The notes beneath the pieces were generated by a model. That model worked only from the letters and a program-made list of their open reading frames with translations. It was not told the DNA's origin and searched no databases. Made by a program: the position numbers and the translations under genes. From NCBI GenBank assembly GCA_029259055.1, contig JAPDJP010000016.1, positions 13,019 through 77,018 on the forward strand: a DNA stretch of 64,000 nt, read 5' to 3'. This DNA is from Thermoplasmatota archaeon (GTDB taxonomy: Archaea; Thermoplasmatota; E2; UBA202; JdFR-43). The first letter of the stretch is position 1. Each line of letters begins with the position of its first letter. Of the stretch, positions 29,364-40,269 are shown piece after piece.

Positions 29364-29714
29364 CTATCCCCTATCTAATATATAATGCTTATAATTTTTT
29401 GGTTTTAAATATTTAATAAACGCATCAAAAGCTTTGTGCGCCTGCTGGGGGTCGCCACAAGTGAAAATGTCCAAATTAACAAGTTCATACTCAGGCCAAG
29501 TATGTATTGAAATATGTGATTCAGAGATTAAAATTATACCAGTTACTCCATGGGGGTTGAATTGCTTATAAAGAGAGCCAACTACCTCTACCTTTGCCTC
29601 CTCAATTACTTTTTCCATTATTTGCCTTACTTGTTCCTCCTTAGAAATTAAATCCTTTGACACGCCGTATAACTCAGCTATTATATGTCTACCTAATACT
29701 TTCATTGTTATCAC
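29364..29714 (-). CDS. speH: S-adenosylmethionine decarboxylase proenzyme (class 1b)
   Basis: Self-cleavage/pyruvoyl site ISESHISIHTWPE and an FTCG motif; 116 aa. Confidence 0.9.
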   Translation of the reverse strand: MITMKVLGRHIIAELYGVSKDLISKEEQVRQIMEKVIEEAKVEVVGSLYKQFNPHGVTGIILISESHISIHTWPEYELVNLDIFTCGDPQQAHKAFDAFIKYLKPKNYKHYILDRG

Positions 29715-29827
29715 CTCTGGGGGTGAGTTTCTGTAGTTTCAAAATTTTTTCTTTGTGGACAACCCCCGAATTTTTGTAAATATACTTTCTATTTAAATTT
29801 TTCGCTGGATGCTGGATCTAAAATACC

Positions 29828-30214
29828 CTACTTATGATAAGAAATACCTTTAATTATTGTTATAGCCCTATAAATTTGCTCGAGTAAAATAACTCTACAT
29901 AATTGATATGGAAAAGTCATTTTTGAAAGAGATAAAATAAAATCTGCATCTTCCATTTCTTTAAATCCTTCCCACCCACCGATATAAAATCCTATTTTTT
30001 TATAATTTAATAATAGATTTTTTAAAAATCTCGCAAATTCAAAAGAAGTCATTTCCTTTCCTTTTTCATCCAAATAGATTTTATAATCACAATCTACAAC
30101 CTTATCTTCAAAAATTTCTATTTTAACGAACTTATTTATCCTCTTTTTATATTCTTCCACAGCATCTTTATAAAACTTTTCTTTTAGCTTACCACTACAA
30201 ACTATTTTTAGCAT
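29828..30214 (-). CDS. rlmH: RlmH-family SPOUT rRNA methyltransferase
   Basis: KIV..GKLKEKF N-terminus and C-terminal LLEQIYRAITIIKGISYHK match RlmH. Confidence 0.7.
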   Translation of the reverse strand: MLKIVCSGKLKEKFYKDAVEEYKKRINKFVKIEIFEDKVVDCDYKIYLDEKGKEMTSFEFARFLKNLLLNYKKIGFYIGGWEGFKEMEDADFILSLSKMTFPYQLCRVILLEQIYRAITIIKGISYHK

Positions 30215-30257
30215 AAAATTAAGAGAAAAATAGTTTTATAATTGTTGATATTAAATT

Positions 30258-32972
30258 GTGAAAGCAAAATTAATAGCATTACTTTTACCTTTAATCTTAA
30301 TTTTTATACCATATAAAGCAAAAGCACAATATTATGAAAAATTAATTTTGAATTTTCCAGAAGAAATGAAATATCAACCCTTAGATATAAAAATAAAATT
30401 TAAAAATGATTGCCATGCCATAAATGAAGAGAAGCATTCCATAAGAGTTTTATATAAGGGGAAAGAAATAGATAGTCAAATTTATAATTTAAAATTTGAA
30501 AATAATTTATTAAAGGAATGTAACATTGTTTTTTTATATCATGGAAAGGGGGAATATTTAATTGAATATGGGGAGGATGTTAAAAAAAAGGATTATAAAG
30601 ATTTTGTAAGTATAGAAGATTCTTTTTATTATGTTGAACCTATTCCTGGATATTTTGCAAAATTGAATTACTATTCAATAAAAGAAAATGGTAGAATAGT
30701 ATTTGGAATATGTCAAGAAGGAAATGTATTAGGAATAGAGATGGCCAACAAAGTAATAAAATTGAAAGATAATTCAACTGAGTTTAAAATGCAAAACTGG
30801 GAACAAATGTTTTCTTTTGCTCTTTTCCAATCCGATTCTGGAACAGATGAAAAAATGGTTAGCAAAAAAATCATTGTTGACGGAAATTTAATGGTCAGAG
30901 TAGTCATTCAATCAATATCAAAAAATAAAAAAATGAGAACACACGCTATTTATACCTACTATTATTCCCCAACTAAAGAGAAAAGATTATTTGTTAAATT
31001 ATATCATGAAGCAGAAAAATCGGAAGAAAATACCACATATGCATACTTGATGTGTGTTAAATCGAGAAGCAAAACAATAGAAGAACTAAATATGGGGGAA
31101 ATCCTCCCGTATATACATCTAAATGGAAGAAACGGAATAGAGGAGTATAGAATGGATACAAATCCAGAAAATAAAGAAAATAAATGGTTAATTTCTTCAA
31201 AGGATAATGTTGTTCTTGGTGAAAGAGGATGGGTATGTATAGATAATAAAAATAAAGCATATGCACTGATTTTTTCGAAAAGCGGCTTACAAGTTAGAGC
31301 GGCGGTTAGAGAGGAGGTAAATATCCCGGGCTTAGAAATAGACGGGGGAGGCGTAAGCGTTGGAGGCAATAACAGAATTTTTGAAGGAGAAATAGAATTT
31401 TTTTATGGAAGCTATGCAAAAGTGAGTAAAGAAGCTAATGCATTTTTCGATTTTTATGACTATAGAAATTTTTATTATGAAGGAAAAGAAGAGAAAGAGG
31501 AAAAAGAAGAAAGGAAAGAATATAATTTGAGCGTGTTTGTAAATAAATTTTCTATACCATTCTCTTCTCACTTATCTGCATTTTTTGGAATAAATATTCC
31601 TCATTTGGAGGCAGAAATATGGAAAGATAAAATGATTGCAAAGACGATTATAAATTTTAGAAAGGCGAAATTCCGTTTGCCAGAAGGAGAATATATAGTA
31701 AAAATTTATTATAATGGAATATTCAGCAGAAAATTTATCGGTTTTAAATATGTGGTTCTTGATGAAGATAAAAAAATAAGAATCAGTTGTACTTTTGAGG
31801 GAGAAATAAAAATTAAGGTAAAAAATGGAACAAAAATAAGAATTTTTCATTCAAATGCCCTTATAGAAGAAAATATTTCTAATGGAGAAGCGATTATTAA
31901 AGTTCCATGCTTTAAAGAATATGAGTTGAAATTGATTTATAAAGGAATTCTTGTTCATGAAGAAAAAATATTCTTATTTTTTAAAGTTGATAAGGAATAC
32001 AAATTTAATACATATGATTTAAAAGTAGATGTAGTTGATAAATTAGGATTACCTATAGGAATAAATATAACGCCTATTTTGTTTGGAAAGGATGCGGTTG
32101 AGGATTATAAAATGTATGGATTTCATTTTAAAGATTTGCCTAAAGGAATTTATAAGTTAATTATTTCATATAAAGGATATAAAATTGAGAGGGAGATAGA
32201 AGTTTATGATGATAAGTTTATAAAAATTTTATTTCCAGCAGAATATAATATTGAAATTAAAACATACGATTCGAGAGGGTTTCCCATAAAAGCAAAATGC
32301 CTCTTTGAGAGAAATGGCATGGAATTTGAAAAAAATATTCTTCCTCCAGCTGAGTATTTAGTTAAGATATATGATAAGCAACTTATAGCCACAAAGAAAA
32401 TTTTTGTATTAGAAAACGAAAGATATGAAATCGTTACCAAAAAATTTTCCCCTTATCCTTATCTCCTTCCTATTGCTGTTTTATCTTCTCATTTTATAAT
32501 TATGAATCTGAGAAATAAAGGAAATAATAATAAAGGAAAAAAGAAATGGATTAAAAAAACTATAATAATTACATTACTATCTACCTCCTTAGTATTCTCA
32601 TGGTGGCACACAACAGAATACTATAACAATGAAAAATCACAAGTTAACTTATATATGCTACCACCAACAATGATCCAGTTCCATTCTTCATATGGAAATA
32701 TTGTTTCATTGCCTTCTATGTTCAGATTTGCTTTATATATTTCTTTACTTTTCCTTATTTTTTCAATTATATTAACAATTAACCAAAAACTTTTTAAATT
32801 CTCTTTTCTCCCCCTATTATTATCATTAATAACTTATGTTATTTCATTAAAGAAATTTACAAGCATAACCGGTGGTGGTATGAACTTTGGGATAGGCTTT
32901 TATTTGGCATTAACATCATTATTTTTAATAATTATAAAGGTGATAATAAATGAAGCTAGAAGAAGCAGTTAA
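30258..32972 (+). CDS. Large (904 aa) secreted protein with a C-terminal polytopic membrane domain; function unknown
   Basis: Signal peptide MKAKLIALLLPLILIF..AKAQ; ~720-aa hydrophilic region; then 4-5 hydrophobic helices in the last ~180 aa. Confidence 0.6.
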   Translation: MKAKLIALLLPLILIFIPYKAKAQYYEKLILNFPEEMKYQPLDIKIKFKNDCHAINEEKHSIRVLYKGKEIDSQIYNLKFENNLLKECNIVFLYHGKGEYLIEYGEDVKKKDYKDFVSIEDSFYYVEPIPGYFAKLNYYSIKENGRIVFGICQEGNVLGIEMANKVIKLKDNSTEFKMQNWEQMFSFALFQSDSGTDEKMVSKKIIVDGNLMVRVVIQSISKNKKMRTHAIYTYYYSPTKEKRLFVKLYHEAEKSEENTTYAYLMCVKSRSKTIEELNMGEILPYIHLNGRNGIEEYRMDTNPENKENKWLISSKDNVVLGERGWVCIDNKNKAYALIFSKSGLQVRAAVREEVNIPGLEIDGGGVSVGGNNRIFEGEIEFFYGSYAKVSKEANAFFDFYDYRNFYYEGKEEKEEKEERKEYNLSVFVNKFSIPFSSHLSAFFGINIPHLEAEIWKDKMIAKTIINFRKAKFRLPEGEYIVKIYYNGIFSRKFIGFKYVVLDEDKKIRISCTFEGEIKIKVKNGTKIRIFHSNALIEENISNGEAIIKVPCFKEYELKLIYKGILVHEEKIFLFFKVDKEYKFNTYDLKVDVVDKLGLPIGINITPILFGKDAVEDYKMYGFHFKDLPKGIYKLIISYKGYKIEREIEVYDDKFIKILFPAEYNIEIKTYDSRGFPIKAKCLFERNGMEFEKNILPPAEYLVKIYDKQLIATKKIFVLENERYEIVTKKFSPYPYLLPIAVLSSHFIIMNLRNKGNNNKGKKKWIKKTIIITLLSTSLVFSWWHTTEYYNNEKSQVNLYMLPPTMIQFHSSYGNIVSLPSMFRFALYISLLFLIFSIILTINQKLFKFSFLPLLLSLITYVISLKKFTSITGGGMNFGIGFYLALTSLFLIIIKVIINEARRSS

Positions 32973-34236
32973 ATATGCTACAGATTTGCTACTTAGCTTG
33001 CCAAAGAAAACAAAAATCAGGATAATAGGACATATAGATGCAGATGGAATTGCATCAGCATCAATTGTTGCGATAGCTTTGGCAAGGGCTGGTTATAGGT
33101 TTCACATCTCAATAAAGAAAACGGAGCCAGACCTTATTAAGGAGATAAAAAAGGAGGATAATGATTTAGTAATATTTGTTGATATAGGAAGCAGTTATTT
33201 AGAGGAAATGAGGGAATTAAAAAATGTGATAGTTTTAGAGCACCATCTTGGGAAAGAGGAAGCACCATCCAATGTTATGTATTTAAATGCAAGATTTTTT
33301 GGATTAGATGGAAGTAAAGAAGCTTGTGGTGCAAGCGTTGCATATGCTTTTGCTTTAGCCTTAGATGAAGAAAATGTAGATTTGTCCCAGCTAGCTATTG
33401 TTGGAATAATAGGAGATAAACAACAGTTCATTGGATATAATAAGAAAATTGTAGAAGATGGGATAGGGAGTGGATTTATTGAAGAAAGAGATGAATATAT
33501 TTTGGTTGGAAAAAGCTTAAAGGAAGCATTAGAAAATTCCTTAGAACCTTATTTTACTGGCTTTTATAAATCATCCGCCTCATTCTTAGATAAATTAGGT
33601 ATACAGCCCCAAAAAAAATTTGAAGAATTGGAAGATGAAGACAGAAGAAAATTATTATCCGCCTTAACTTTAAAGTTATTGGAACAAGATGTAGATGAAA
33701 TTGCTTGGAGGAAAAGAATATACTATGGGAAAAATTATGGAAATTTATATGATATTTCATCAAAACTTAATGCTTGTGCAAGATTAAATGAAGCTGGTGT
33801 TGGAATAGCAATATGTTTAGGAGATAAAAAAGCTATTGATGTAGCTCATGTCATACAGGAAAAGTATAGGGATGAGATAAGGAAGGAAATGAGAGAAATG
33901 GAAAAAAAAGAACCATATGAAAAAAACAATTTCATCTATTTTTATACTGATAAGGCTCCATTAGCGGGTGTGCTTGCTGGACTTGCTTTAAAGTATTTGC
34001 CAAATTTTAAGAAAGATAAGCCAATTTTGGCTCTTTCATATAATGAATTTATCGATGTTTCGGCAAGAGCAGATGATAAAATGGTAGAAAATGGGGTTAA
34101 TCTTGGAGAAGCTTTGAAGCTGGCAGCAGAAAAAGTTGGGGGAATAGGAGGGGGACACCCAGTTGCAGCGGGAGCTAAAATAAGGAAAGATAAGGAAGAG
34201 GAGTTTTTAGAAGAAGTGGATAAGTTGCTAAAATGA
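32950..34236 (+). CDS. DHH/DHHA1 RecJ-like (Cdc45/GAN-like) protein
   Basis: N-terminal DHH motif GHIDADGIASA and C-terminal DHHA1 GGGHPVAAGA. Confidence 0.75.
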   Translation: MKLEEAVKYATDLLLSLPKKTKIRIIGHIDADGIASASIVAIALARAGYRFHISIKKTEPDLIKEIKKEDNDLVIFVDIGSSYLEEMRELKNVIVLEHHLGKEEAPSNVMYLNARFFGLDGSKEACGASVAYAFALALDEENVDLSQLAIVGIIGDKQQFIGYNKKIVEDGIGSGFIEERDEYILVGKSLKEALENSLEPYFTGFYKSSASFLDKLGIQPQKKFEELEDEDRRKLLSALTLKLLEQDVDEIAWRKRIYYGKNYGNLYDISSKLNACARLNEAGVGIAICLGDKKAIDVAHVIQEKYRDEIRKEMREMEKKEPYEKNNFIYFYTDKAPLAGVLAGLALKYLPNFKKDKPILALSYNEFIDVSARADDKMVENGVNLGEALKLAAEKVGGIGGGHPVAAGAKIRKDKEEEFLEEVDKLLK

Positions 34237-36194
34237 AGGAATTAATAATATGTGAGAAGAACATTGCAGCTAGAAGAATTGCATATATACTTTCAAATGG
34301 AAAATTAAAACAAGGTAGGATATATGGTATACCATACTATTATTTTAATGATTCTGTTGTTATTGGATTAAAAGGACATATTAAAAAATTGGATTTTCCG
34401 AAAGAATATTCGAGATGGACAGATATAACACCAAAAGAACTTATTGATGTAAAGCCTATTAAAAAATTAATAGATAGAAAAATAGCAATGGCGGTAAAAA
34501 ATTTGGCCAAAGATGCTACTCGAGTAATTATTGCAACAGATTATGATAGGGAAGGAGAGTTAATTGGGGTGGAAATTTTAGACCTATTGCCAAAAAATAT
34601 TGAAATAAAAAGAGCAAAGTTTAGCTCAATAACTCCTATAGAAATAAAAAAAGCATTCGAAAATTTGGAGGAGGTTGATTATAATTTGGCTAAATCGGCA
34701 GAAGCAAGACAATATATAGATTTAATCTGGGGTGCCAGCCTAACAAGATTTATTTCTCTTGCATCAGAACAATTAGGAAAGGATTTTTTATCTGTTGGAA
34801 GGGTGCAATCACCAACATTGGCATTGATTGTTGAGAGGGAGAAAGAAATAAAGGAATTTGTTCCTAAGCCTTTTTGGAAAATAAAAGTAAAGTTTGAAAA
34901 GGACGGTAAAGAATTTTTTGCAGAATATCCAGATAAAATATGGGAAGAAAATAAGGCAAAAGAAATATATGAAAAATTAAAGGAAAGAAATAAAGGAATT
35001 GTTGAAAATTTTGATAAAAAATTAAAAGAGGATTTACCTCCACATCCATTTGATACAACAACGTTTTTGAAAGAAGCATCATCTATAGGATTTTCAGCTC
35101 CTCAAGCAATGAAAATTGCGGAGGAACTTTATATGAATGGATTGATTTCATATCCTAGAACAGATAATACTGTATATCCCTCCCTCCCCTTCAAAAACAT
35201 TCTCAAAAAAATTGAAAAAATTTTTCCTAAAGAAGTAAAAGAAGTTTTCAAAATGTTAAGGGAGAAACCAGTGAGAGGGAAGAAATTTAGCAAAGACCAT
35301 CCTCCCATCCATCCAGTTGATGCAAGAGAGATTAATGGAGCCCATTTGAAAATTTACGAGTTAATAGCAAGAAGATTTATGGCAACATTATGCAAGAATG
35401 ATGTATTAGAGATAAAAAAAGCAGAAATAAATGTTAATGGAATAAAATTGGTTGCAAATGGTATAGTTATAAAAGAAAAAAATTGGAGGAAAGTGTATCC
35501 ATCTAAAGTTGAGGAAAAATTCTTGCCAGATTTAAAGGAAAAAGAAGAAATTAATATTGTTGAAATTAAAAAAATAAGAGGGGAAACAAAACCACCAAAA
35601 AGATATACACAAGGTAGTTTAATTGTAGAGATGGAGAAACTCGGATTAGGAACAAAATCGACAAGGCATGAAATAATAGGGAAACTATATCAAAGAAATT
35701 ATATAAGAGGAAAAAAAATAGTTGCTACGCCTTCCGCCTTTGCCGTTGTTAATGCGTTAAGGAGGGGCGCCGAAATAATAACAAAGCCGGATATGACTTC
35801 ATTGCTTGAAAAAGAAATGGATAGAATTGCTGAAGGAAAAAAGGAATTTGAAGAAGTTGTGGAGGAATCGAAAGAAATTTTGAAGAAAGCTTTTGAAATT
35901 TTAGAAAAAAATGAAGAGAAAATAGGAGCAGAAATTAAAGAAGCAATGAACAAGCAAAATTATTTTGGGAAATGTAATAGATGTGGAAGTGATTTAGTTT
36001 TATTAAAATCTTCTAAGGGAAAGAGATTTATTGGCTGTTCAAATTTTCCAAAATGTCAGAATAGCTATCCCTTACCCCAAAAAGGAAATGTTGTTTTTGA
36101 GGGAGATTATTGTAAAAAATGTGGTGCGCCAGTAATAACTATTATTTATAAGGGAAAAAAATGGAAAAAATGTGTTAATATGAATTGTGGTTAA
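34233..36194 (+). CDS. topA: DNA topoisomerase type IA with C-terminal zinc ribbons
   Basis: [15 protein letters not shown], catalytic Tyr region [10 protein letters not shown], and two C4 zinc ribbons at the C-terminus. Confidence 0.9.
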   Translation: MKELIICEKNIAARRIAYILSNGKLKQGRIYGIPYYYFNDSVVIGLKGHIKKLDFPKEYSRWTDITPKELIDVKPIKKLIDRKIAMAVKNLAKDATRVIIATDYDREGELIGVEILDLLPKNIEIKRAKFSSITPIEIKKAFENLEEVDYNLAKSAEARQYIDLIWGASLTRFISLASEQLGKDFLSVGRVQSPTLALIVEREKEIKEFVPKPFWKIKVKFEKDGKEFFAEYPDKIWEENKAKEIYEKLKERNKGIVENFDKKLKEDLPPHPFDTTTFLKEASSIGFSAPQAMKIAEELYMNGLISYPRTDNTVYPSLPFKNILKKIEKIFPKEVKEVFKMLREKPVRGKKFSKDHPPIHPVDAREINGAHLKIYELIARRFMATLCKNDVLEIKKAEINVNGIKLVANGIVIKEKNWRKVYPSKVEEKFLPDLKEKEEINIVEIKKIRGETKPPKRYTQGSLIVEMEKLGLGTKSTRHEIIGKLYQRNYIRGKKIVATPSAFAVVNALRRGAEIITKPDMTSLLEKEMDRIAEGKKEFEEVVEESKEILKKAFEILEKNEEKIGAEIKEAMNKQNYFGKCNRCGSDLVLLKSSKGKRFIGCSNFPKCQNSYPLPQKGNVVFEGDYCKKCGAPVITIIYKGKKWKKCVNMNCG

Positions 36195-36337
36195 GCTTTC
36201 CTTTCCCTTGATTTCGGTCTAAGTCTTTTAGAACCGCATCTCCTACACTTATCTGCCCCAATAGGATTGCGAGCATTACAATTCATGCAAATCAATTTGT
36301 TCAATAATCTTGCTTCTGCTTCTGGAAATCTTGCCAT
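36191..36337 (-). CDS. rpl40e: 50S ribosomal protein L40e (48 aa, below the ORF-track cutoff)
   Basis: Translation [48 protein letters not shown] matches the L40e C4 zinc-ribbon protein; its stop overlaps the topA stop on the opposite strand. Confidence 0.8.
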   Translation of the reverse strand: MARFPEAEARLLNKLICMNCNARNPIGADKCRRCGSKRLRPKSRERKA

Positions 36338-36457
36338 GCTGTTATAACAGCTTTATTTATAAATTTGTTGCGTAAATTCAGTCTTTATATCCACTATTAT
36401 ATTACTACAATCAATTATTACAACAAAATAAAAATAAATAGAAAATAAATTACCAGC

Positions 36458-37324
36458 ATGTTCCAAAAATGGAAGGAAAAGGTAATTGTAAATGGAATAG
36501 AAAAAGAAATAGAGATAAGAAAAGATGGATATTGGCAAAGAAGGTGTAGAATAATTCAAAGAGCTGGCTTGGAATTAACAAAGGAAGAAGATTTTTCAGA
36601 TTTAATAAATAAAGAATGCATATTCTGTCAACCAGAAAAGTTGGCAAAATTCGATTTCGGAATGCTTGAAAATGAGGTTGCTTTCTTATTTCCAAATATT
36701 AATCCATATGCTGAATATAGTAGCGTGTGTGCATTTAAAAAACATTTTATTAAGCCAAATGAATTTACAGCTTTACTAATACAAAAAAATCTCGAATTAT
36801 GCATTGAATATATAAAGAAAATAGAGGCAGAATATATTTCAATAAACTGGAATTATTTGATGCCCGCTGGCGCCAGCATTTTGCATCCCCACCTACAAGT
36901 TGTAGGAAGCAATTATCCCACAACATATATGGAAAAAATTGAGAATATAAGGTTTGAAGAATATGTTAAAAAAGAAATCGAGAGTGAGAGATATGTTGGG
37001 AGAATAGGAAATATTGAAATCTTTACCCCATTTGTTCCTTTTGGTTTTAATGAAATTGTTGGCGTAGCTAAAGGTAATATTTTTAAAGAATATAGGAGCA
37101 TAGCGGAAGCATTAGAAAAAATAATAGCATTTTATGCAAGTATTGGAAGAAATTCTTTTAATATAAGTATCTATACCAATCCATTACATTTTAGATGCAT
37201 AACTAGGCAGAACATGGTAAAGTATTATAGAAATGATGCAATGTTTTTCGAAAGACTGCATAATGAAATCATTTTAGAAAAGAAACCAGAGGAAGTGGCA
37301 AGAGAATTTAAAGATTTTTTATAA
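36458..37324 (+). CDS. GalT/Apa2-like HIT-superfamily nucleotidyltransferase
   Basis: Zinc-site CIFCQ and HPHLQ active-site motif (His-x-His-x-Gln). Confidence 0.6.
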   Translation: MFQKWKEKVIVNGIEKEIEIRKDGYWQRRCRIIQRAGLELTKEEDFSDLINKECIFCQPEKLAKFDFGMLENEVAFLFPNINPYAEYSSVCAFKKHFIKPNEFTALLIQKNLELCIEYIKKIEAEYISINWNYLMPAGASILHPHLQVVGSNYPTTYMEKIENIRFEEYVKKEIESERYVGRIGNIEIFTPFVPFGFNEIVGVAKGNIFKEYRSIAEALEKIIAFYASIGRNSFNISIYTNPLHFRCITRQNMVKYYRNDAMFFERLHNEIILEKKPEEVAREFKDFL

Positions 37325-38765
37325 CCCTAACTGGCTTCAGTCCTTTCCATTCAATCTTATAACCCATATAATCAAGAGCCTTACTTGTTAAACCATACTT
37401 CCTCAAAATTTTTTCTACATCTCCGTACTCTCTTTCTATTCCAATTTCTTTTTCAATGTTTTCTAAAAATTTTTTTGATACAATTTTATCACCAATAACA
37501 AAATAATTTGGTATTTTCAATCTCTTTACTGTTTCTATTGAGATTCCCAATTCCTTTGCCTTTTTATCTATTGAAATAATATCTTCCTTTAATTCAATTT
37601 TTCCTATCTTTTTCATTTCTTCCTCAATATGTTTTTCCTCGATTTCCCTCAAAATTTTTATTATAGGTTTAATAGGGATTCTATTATTGTAAAAAATAAC
37701 TTCTGCTTCAAAATCTTCTTTTTGACAGCTTAAATTTTGATTAACTACTATACTTATGTTGGCTTTAGCTTTTTTTAATTTCGATATCTTTTTCTTCAAA
37801 TATTCGGGGGTCCAGAAACCAACGATCTCCAAATAATGTTCCATACCATTTTTATAAAAACCAAAATCAGGAATGATAACATAATTTCCCGCTTTTATTA
37901 TTGTCGGCTCCCTTCTAATTTCCCAACCAGTGTTGGCTGATTTAAAATCATTATAAAATTTTTCTTCTACTTGACTATCAAAATGAATAATTGGTTCAAC
38001 GTGAGCAGGCAATAAAATATTATCATGGGAAGTTATCTCGAAGTCATATATTCTTGGTTCCTTTCCTCTCGTCTCAATTTTTGCCCTAATCTTCCACTTA
38101 TTAGCATTTATTATAGAAGGAATTAATTTTGCAATAGACGTGCCATATTTTCTTGTCTTTTTGAAAAGAGAAGCTGGTCCGGTAACTTTTATCTCATTAT
38201 CTTCAATTTCATACATTAAACCAAGATATTTTATTCTCCTGAATATTTGTTGATAATTTCCTTCTACAGTAAAATTCAATTCCAAGGCATCAAATAATAA
38301 TGTTTGTGTTATGGATAAATTATAATTTTTGATTAAATTTATTGGAGGAAAAGGATAAAATTTCTTTATTATTTGCTCTTCCCTTAAATCAGAAAAAATT
38401 GCTTCTTCAATTTCTTTTTTACTAACTTTAAAAAATCTTTCTGCTTCTTCTAAAATTTTCTCCCTTTCATAATCATCAACGACAAATCCTCTATCAAATA
38501 AAAATTTTCTAATTTCTTTTCCGTTTAAATTCGTCTTTTTCTCGAATTCGCATCTCCTTTCTAATAAAATTGCTAATCCTCTCACTATCTTATAATTATA
38601 ATTATTTTCGATATTTTCAAGTTCTTCCTGTAATTCCTTATATTTTCTTCCTTCATATTTCTTAAAAATCTCTATTAGTTCCTCGGCTAATTTTGTATCC
38701 TGTAAATATTTAGGCTTTATGAAACCTTTTCTTTTAATAGTAACAAGCAAATCTTTTGGTAACAT
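37308..38765 (-). CDS. bax1: Bax1 nuclease (DUF790), partner of XPB
   Basis: 485-aa protein immediately downstream of and co-oriented with XPB (2-nt gap); size and position are typical of Bax1. Confidence 0.65.
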   Translation of the reverse strand: MLPKDLLVTIKRKGFIKPKYLQDTKLAEELIEIFKKYEGRKYKELQEELENIENNYNYKIVRGLAILLERRCEFEKKTNLNGKEIRKFLFDRGFVVDDYEREKILEEAERFFKVSKKEIEEAIFSDLREEQIIKKFYPFPPINLIKNYNLSITQTLLFDALELNFTVEGNYQQIFRRIKYLGLMYEIEDNEIKVTGPASLFKKTRKYGTSIAKLIPSIINANKWKIRAKIETRGKEPRIYDFEITSHDNILLPAHVEPIIHFDSQVEEKFYNDFKSANTGWEIRREPTIIKAGNYVIIPDFGFYKNGMEHYLEIVGFWTPEYLKKKISKLKKAKANISIVVNQNLSCQKEDFEAEVIFYNNRIPIKPIIKILREIEEKHIEEEMKKIGKIELKEDIISIDKKAKELGISIETVKRLKIPNYFVIGDKIVSKKFLENIEKEIGIEREYGDVEKILRKYGLTSKALDYMGYKIEWKGLKPVRVIKNL

Positions 38766-38766
38766 A

Positions 38767-40095
38767 TTATCTAATTTTCCTTCTATATGAAGTTCTTACT
38801 TCCTTTGTTCCTTTTGTTACCAACTCATATAATACTGCTTTTTTTCCCTCCCTCGGCCTTAACAATCTGCCCAATCTTTGTATGTATTCTCTTCCGCTTC
38901 CAGTTCCACTCACAATAATTCCAACATTTGCTTCAGGAACATCAATTCCTTCATCCAATACTTGAGAAGAGACTATTGCGGAATATTTTCCTTCCTTAAA
39001 CTTTTTTAATATTTCTTCCCTTTCCTTATCATCTGTTCTGTATGTTATACAAGGAATAAAGAACTTTTTGGATATTTCATAAACCATGTCATTATATCTG
39101 GTAAAAATTATTATTCGGCTTTTTTTATTTTCCCTTAATATTTTTCTCAGCATTTCTAACTTACCTTTCGAATTATATGCAATTTTTTCAGCTTTATTTC
39201 TAGCTAAAATGGCTTCCCTTGCTTCTTTATCGTATCCAGCTCTCATTACAACCTTCTCGAAATCTTGAGGGCCCTTCATTTCGATTCCTCTTGATATAAT
39301 ATAATTCCTGAAAATTTTGTAATGTTTTTCATATTCCTTTTTTTCTTCTTCGGTTAATTCTACGCCTATTTTTATTATTTCATATTCTGCCAAATATTTA
39401 CCAGCGAGTTCATCCGCTTTTATTTCATAGACTTTTCCTCCTATTAGGCGGGGCAGGTCTTCATGTAATCCATCTTCCCTTTCATAAGTAGCTGTTAATC
39501 CTAGCCGATATGGAGAAGCGAACATTTCCGCAATTTGGCGATAAGCTTCTGCTGGTAGATGATGCACCTCATCGAAAATCAACAATTTAAATCTATTGCC
39601 CAAATTCTCTGCATTTATATATGCTGAATCATATGTTGATACAGTAATTGCTTGCAAATTTTTTCTTTCCCCTGTATATTCCCCTATTTCGATTCCAAAG
39701 GATTCTGCAAGTTTTTCCTTCCACTGTTTTACTAAATCAAGAGTTGGAACGACAATAAATGTTGGTGAATTTATTTTCTCTATTATCTTAATGGCAAGAA
39801 ATGTTTTTCCAGAACCGGTTGGCATAACTATAACACCTTTTTTAAATTTAAGCCATCTTTCCATTGCCTCCCTTTGATATTCTCTAAGATTGATATGTGT
39901 AATTAAGCGGGGACATGGAATCAAATTTAAAACCTCGTCTTCATATGGAATTTTTGAATTCTCTAAATACTCAATTATTTCCCTATAATATAAAGCTAAA
40001 GCTCTATAGCATTTACTCCTATAATCCCACTTTGAATACGGGACATTATATTTTCCATATATGAGAATTGTTCCTTTATGATAAGTAAGTTTCAC
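38767..40095 (-). CDS. xpb: XPB/Rad25-type SF2 DNA helicase
   Basis: Walker A PTGSGKT, DEVHH box, motif VI QRLGRLLR; ~440 aa archaeal XPB size. Confidence 0.85.
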   Translation of the reverse strand: MKLTYHKGTILIYGKYNVPYSKWDYRSKCYRALALYYREIIEYLENSKIPYEDEVLNLIPCPRLITHINLREYQREAMERWLKFKKGVIVMPTGSGKTFLAIKIIEKINSPTFIVVPTLDLVKQWKEKLAESFGIEIGEYTGERKNLQAITVSTYDSAYINAENLGNRFKLLIFDEVHHLPAEAYRQIAEMFASPYRLGLTATYEREDGLHEDLPRLIGGKVYEIKADELAGKYLAEYEIIKIGVELTEEEKKEYEKHYKIFRNYIISRGIEMKGPQDFEKVVMRAGYDKEAREAILARNKAEKIAYNSKGKLEMLRKILRENKKSRIIIFTRYNDMVYEISKKFFIPCITYRTDDKEREEILKKFKEGKYSAIVSSQVLDEGIDVPEANVGIIVSGTGSGREYIQRLGRLLRPREGKKAVLYELVTKGTKEVRTSYRRKIR

Positions 40096-40269
40096 ATTTT
40101 TATTACAACAGTATTTTTTATTTTTTATGGGGGGTGGTGTTTTTATTTTGTTTTATGTTATGTTTTGTTTTATTTTTTATTTTTTTATTTTGTCTTGCTT
40201 TTTTAAAATTCTTTTAAATTCCCAAATTAAATAAAAAGAATTTAAAAATAGAAAGATAATCTTTTCACA

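Noticed and set aside
40096-40269. T-rich low-complexity tract with GTTTT-like repeats, considered as a possible CRISPR or minisatellite
   Set aside because: There are no regularly spaced identical repeats with unique spacers. It sits between divergent gene starts (XPB and arcTGT) and is best explained as an AT-rich bidirectional promoter region.
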